Origin: Eledone cirrhosa
Taxonomy: Eukaryota
NCBI GenBank assembly: GCA_964016885.1
Contig: OZ024742.1
Span: 241,986,001 to 242,050,000 of the forward strand
DNA: 64,000 nucleotides
Reading direction: 5' to 3'
This document shows, piece after piece, positions 61,053 to 64,000 of this stretch. Below the pieces are notes generated by a model, which saw only the letters and a list, made by a program, of their open reading frames with translations, did no database searches and was not told the origin of the DNA. Both the position numbers and the translations under genes were made by a program. Every line of letters begins with the position of its first letter. Within the stretch, counting starts at the first letter, position 1.

Positions 61053-62432
61053 TTTAAATTATTTGCTATATAACAATTGTATTCGTACACACCTTATCAT
61101 ACACACACATCCAGAAACTATTCAAATTTTTTTCATTTAAACTTCTGCCCCTCAAATGTATGAAACATATCGCTTAATTAAATCTGATTAAACTGCCTTA
61201 ACTGGAAATAATTTCAATGGTGTTTCTTTCAGCGTCAGTTATATTGACACTTACTCTTTATCAACATAAGATGAAGTGTTCTGTTCCCGAACACGCCGCT
61301 TTACACAAGTATACATACGCACATGTACAAACATATGGACAGATGTACGTACAGGCATACAAGCGAAACAATTTTAGGGATAATTAGTCTGTCTTGTGTA
61401 TTCTTTACTTGCTATTAAAATAGCACCAGACTAATATTAAACTAAAATAATTTCAGGAATACACGAGGTAAAATGTTAATTTTATTTCATAATTAGAACG
61501 TATTTATTAGTAATGCTCTAATTATTTCAGTTGAATATTTATATAACCATTAGTCATGTTCAAAATACTTTTATATACAACTTATTGTTAGATTAAAGAT
61601 TTTCCTTCTACATTGCATTATAGATATATTTTGCTTTAACCAACTCCTTACCTAGCCGTCATGACGACAGTGATAATCTTTGCTAGATACTTTTAATTAC
61701 GTTGTATGATGTGTTTTCATTGCAGGAGGTTTTTTTCACTGGTGTTTTTTCATATCTGGTGCCATTACGTCTGTGCTAGTTTCTAGAAACAGGCGCGCTG
61801 CTACTTCACGTCATATGTCGGTCGAAAGAATGCTGATCCTACAATGGACGACTGTTTAGAAATGGGGCGAGAAATAGTGAAGCTGATCATTCATTGGCTT
61901 AGATTCCATGTTGGATTGAATTGACCTGCAATCTCCTCTTGCAGCTTCAATTTCATTTTCACTTTCACGCTATCTATTCTACTAATTCTTCTTACTCTTT
62001 CATATTTAAAAAAAAAATCAGAAACGCTTTAAATATATAACTATACAAGTGTATGTTTGAGTACGTATAATGTCTATGTTTGTATTGATGAGAAAGGTGT
62101 TAAAAGATAGGTTGTAAAGTAATGAATATATTGTTCACGTTGCCATTTCTTTGAATTTTCAGTTTATATATAAGTATATAGCCAGATAGAATATGAACAA
62201 ACGGTCAGTTAACTCTACAAATAGATATTACAAGTGGAGGACGAATACAGAAATATTTGTAAAATATAGCAAAACATAGGCAAGATTTTCTATAATAGTT
62301 ATAGCTCAACAGTGGAAGGTGTAATCAATAAGTAGGTATACAATGCCACTGCCGCCAAACAAAATCATACACAATGTATGACAGTCAGCATTACCATTCA
62401 TTATATGGATCATAGGTTTAACTGATAAATAC

Positions 62433-62525
<93 letters not shown>

Positions 62526-62536
62526 TATATATATAT

Positions 62537-62612
<76 letters not shown>

Positions 62613-63072
62613 TACAGTTGATTAGCTATGAACACTCCCACGTGAGTAGAATCAACCAATGAATGACCTTAGAAGCATGGTCCCAAATTCCATTCTTCAA
62701 CTTACTGTACTTTAATCAAATGCATACTTTTGTTTTGAATCAGCTGGTGGTATACACACACACACGCACACACATACACATATTTATACACACACATACA
62801 CATATTTATACACACACACATATATATATATAGTTAGGGAAGCAGAAAATTGCTTTTTGTGATCCAGTTCGTGGTTAAGGAAGCCAGTTTCATGGATGGT
62901 TGAAAATTTGGACTGTGAACAACAATTATAATTGAGTGACTGTTATTTGCAGTATAGCAATATAAGGTTGCACTTACCAATGAAACGGTCGTAAATACCT
63001 GGATAAAATTCTTCTCTTAATGCTTACCTGTGTTTTCTCTTTTGTACTATATATATATATTTATATAGAAAT

Positions 63073-63123
63073 GGCTTCTACAGGACTAGAACTGTTTCAT
63101 TCGGAGGAAATCATCAGAAAGCC
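63073..63123 (-). ncRNA. Complete type I hammerhead (family A) in an inverted segment 5' of a PLE
   Basis: GGCTTT-CTGATGA-T TTC ctcc GAA T-GAAA-CAG ttctagtc CTG-TA-GAAGCC. Confidence 0.85.
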
Positions 63124-63309
63124 GACTGTCAATGTAAATTTATGTTATTTCTACATTTTGTCATGGTAAGGGAAGGATAGTGGTTGGGGGGGGGGGGGGG
63201 GTAGAGGTCATGATGGGATTAAAGGATGGGGATTCTTAGAAAAAACAAAGTTTATTTAGAGACAGAAGTTTAATAGCAGGTTGCAATTGAAATAAACACC
63301 TTATTATAT

Positions 63310-64000
63310 AGTACAATTTCCCACTCTGGAATAGAACATCCGAAGCAATCTCATGGTTCCAAGAACTGCCTGACAAACACAACACCCGTTTCCTGCAATT
63401 TCTGAGTCCCTGCTGAAGGATGCAATTGCTTTCGCAAGAAACCTAACCACCATAACCGACGCCGAGCAGGATGTGATCCTCCATGCACGTAAGACCTTTT
63501 TGTACCATAACAAGTCCTACTGGACAACAAATCGGAGACTCCCTTCGATGTCAGCATGGGTGCTAGTGACTTGGCTGAGATTAATGATCTGGTGGGCCTG
63601 TTTATCTTTAACCGGATGAAAACCCTCTTCACAGGCCTTACAGTGGATTACACCGAGATGACGGCCTCTTTGTTCTGCATAAAATTAACCCCAGGACTAC
63701 CGATGGGTTTCGGAAAAACCTTAACGCTTTCTTCAATAACCTGGGCCTAAGAATAACTATAGATTCGAGTTTAACTAAAGCCAACTTCTTAGATGTAACT
63801 CTCGATTTAGAAACCTCCCTTTATTATCCGTACCACAAAAGTAACGAATCCCTTAGATATATAGACGTTAACTCGAATCACCCCAAGAACATCACAGATA
63901 ATTTAGTTAAAAGTGTCTCCCTTAGGATCTCTGGCCTCTCCGCCAATGAGGATATCACTAGGGCCGTGGCCCCCTATTACAACGAACCCCTAGCCCGTAG
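63310..64000 (+). mobile_element. 5'-truncated, frameshifted PLE RT (Naiad-like), running off the window
   Basis: LWNRTSEAISWF..RFLQF, LLKDAIAFA..VILHARKTFLY, FDVSMGASDLAEINDLVGLFI, HRDDGL, NFLDVTLDL, YIDVNSNHP. Confidence 0.85.

Noticed and set aside
61726-61925. Possible host exon after ttgcag
   Set aside because: Short frames with stops, no recognisable motif and no partner exons. 28060-28260 was rejected on similar grounds.

Overview
AT-rich, microsatellite-saturated animal (eukaryotic) intergenic or intronic DNA. The SINE types and the density of (TA)n/(CA)n/(GA)n tracts suggest an octopus-like cephalopod (inference). No convincing host gene was found. The window holds at least six Penelope-like element (PLE) relics with RT and/or GIY-YIG sequence. 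It also holds an 11-kb same-strand pile-up of R4/Dong-type non-LTR retrotransposons in (TAA)n tracts, many tRNA-derived SINEs (three with clear TSDs), a hAT MITE, a non-autonomous Helitron, and Tc1/mariner, RTE and CR1/L2 fragments. The main unannotated signal is a dense set of type I hammerhead ribozyme (HHR) motifs from about 8 unrelated sequence families. Most are arranged as 100-400 bp (once about 1 kb) fold-back palindromes, with a ribozyme or half-ribozyme on each strand plus a one-sided tail, inserted in (TA)n microsatellites. The two arms co-vary within each copy, several families share a non-canonical U.U pair closing stem II, and some families can be traced within the window to PLE ends. 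All folds were read by eye and not computed.
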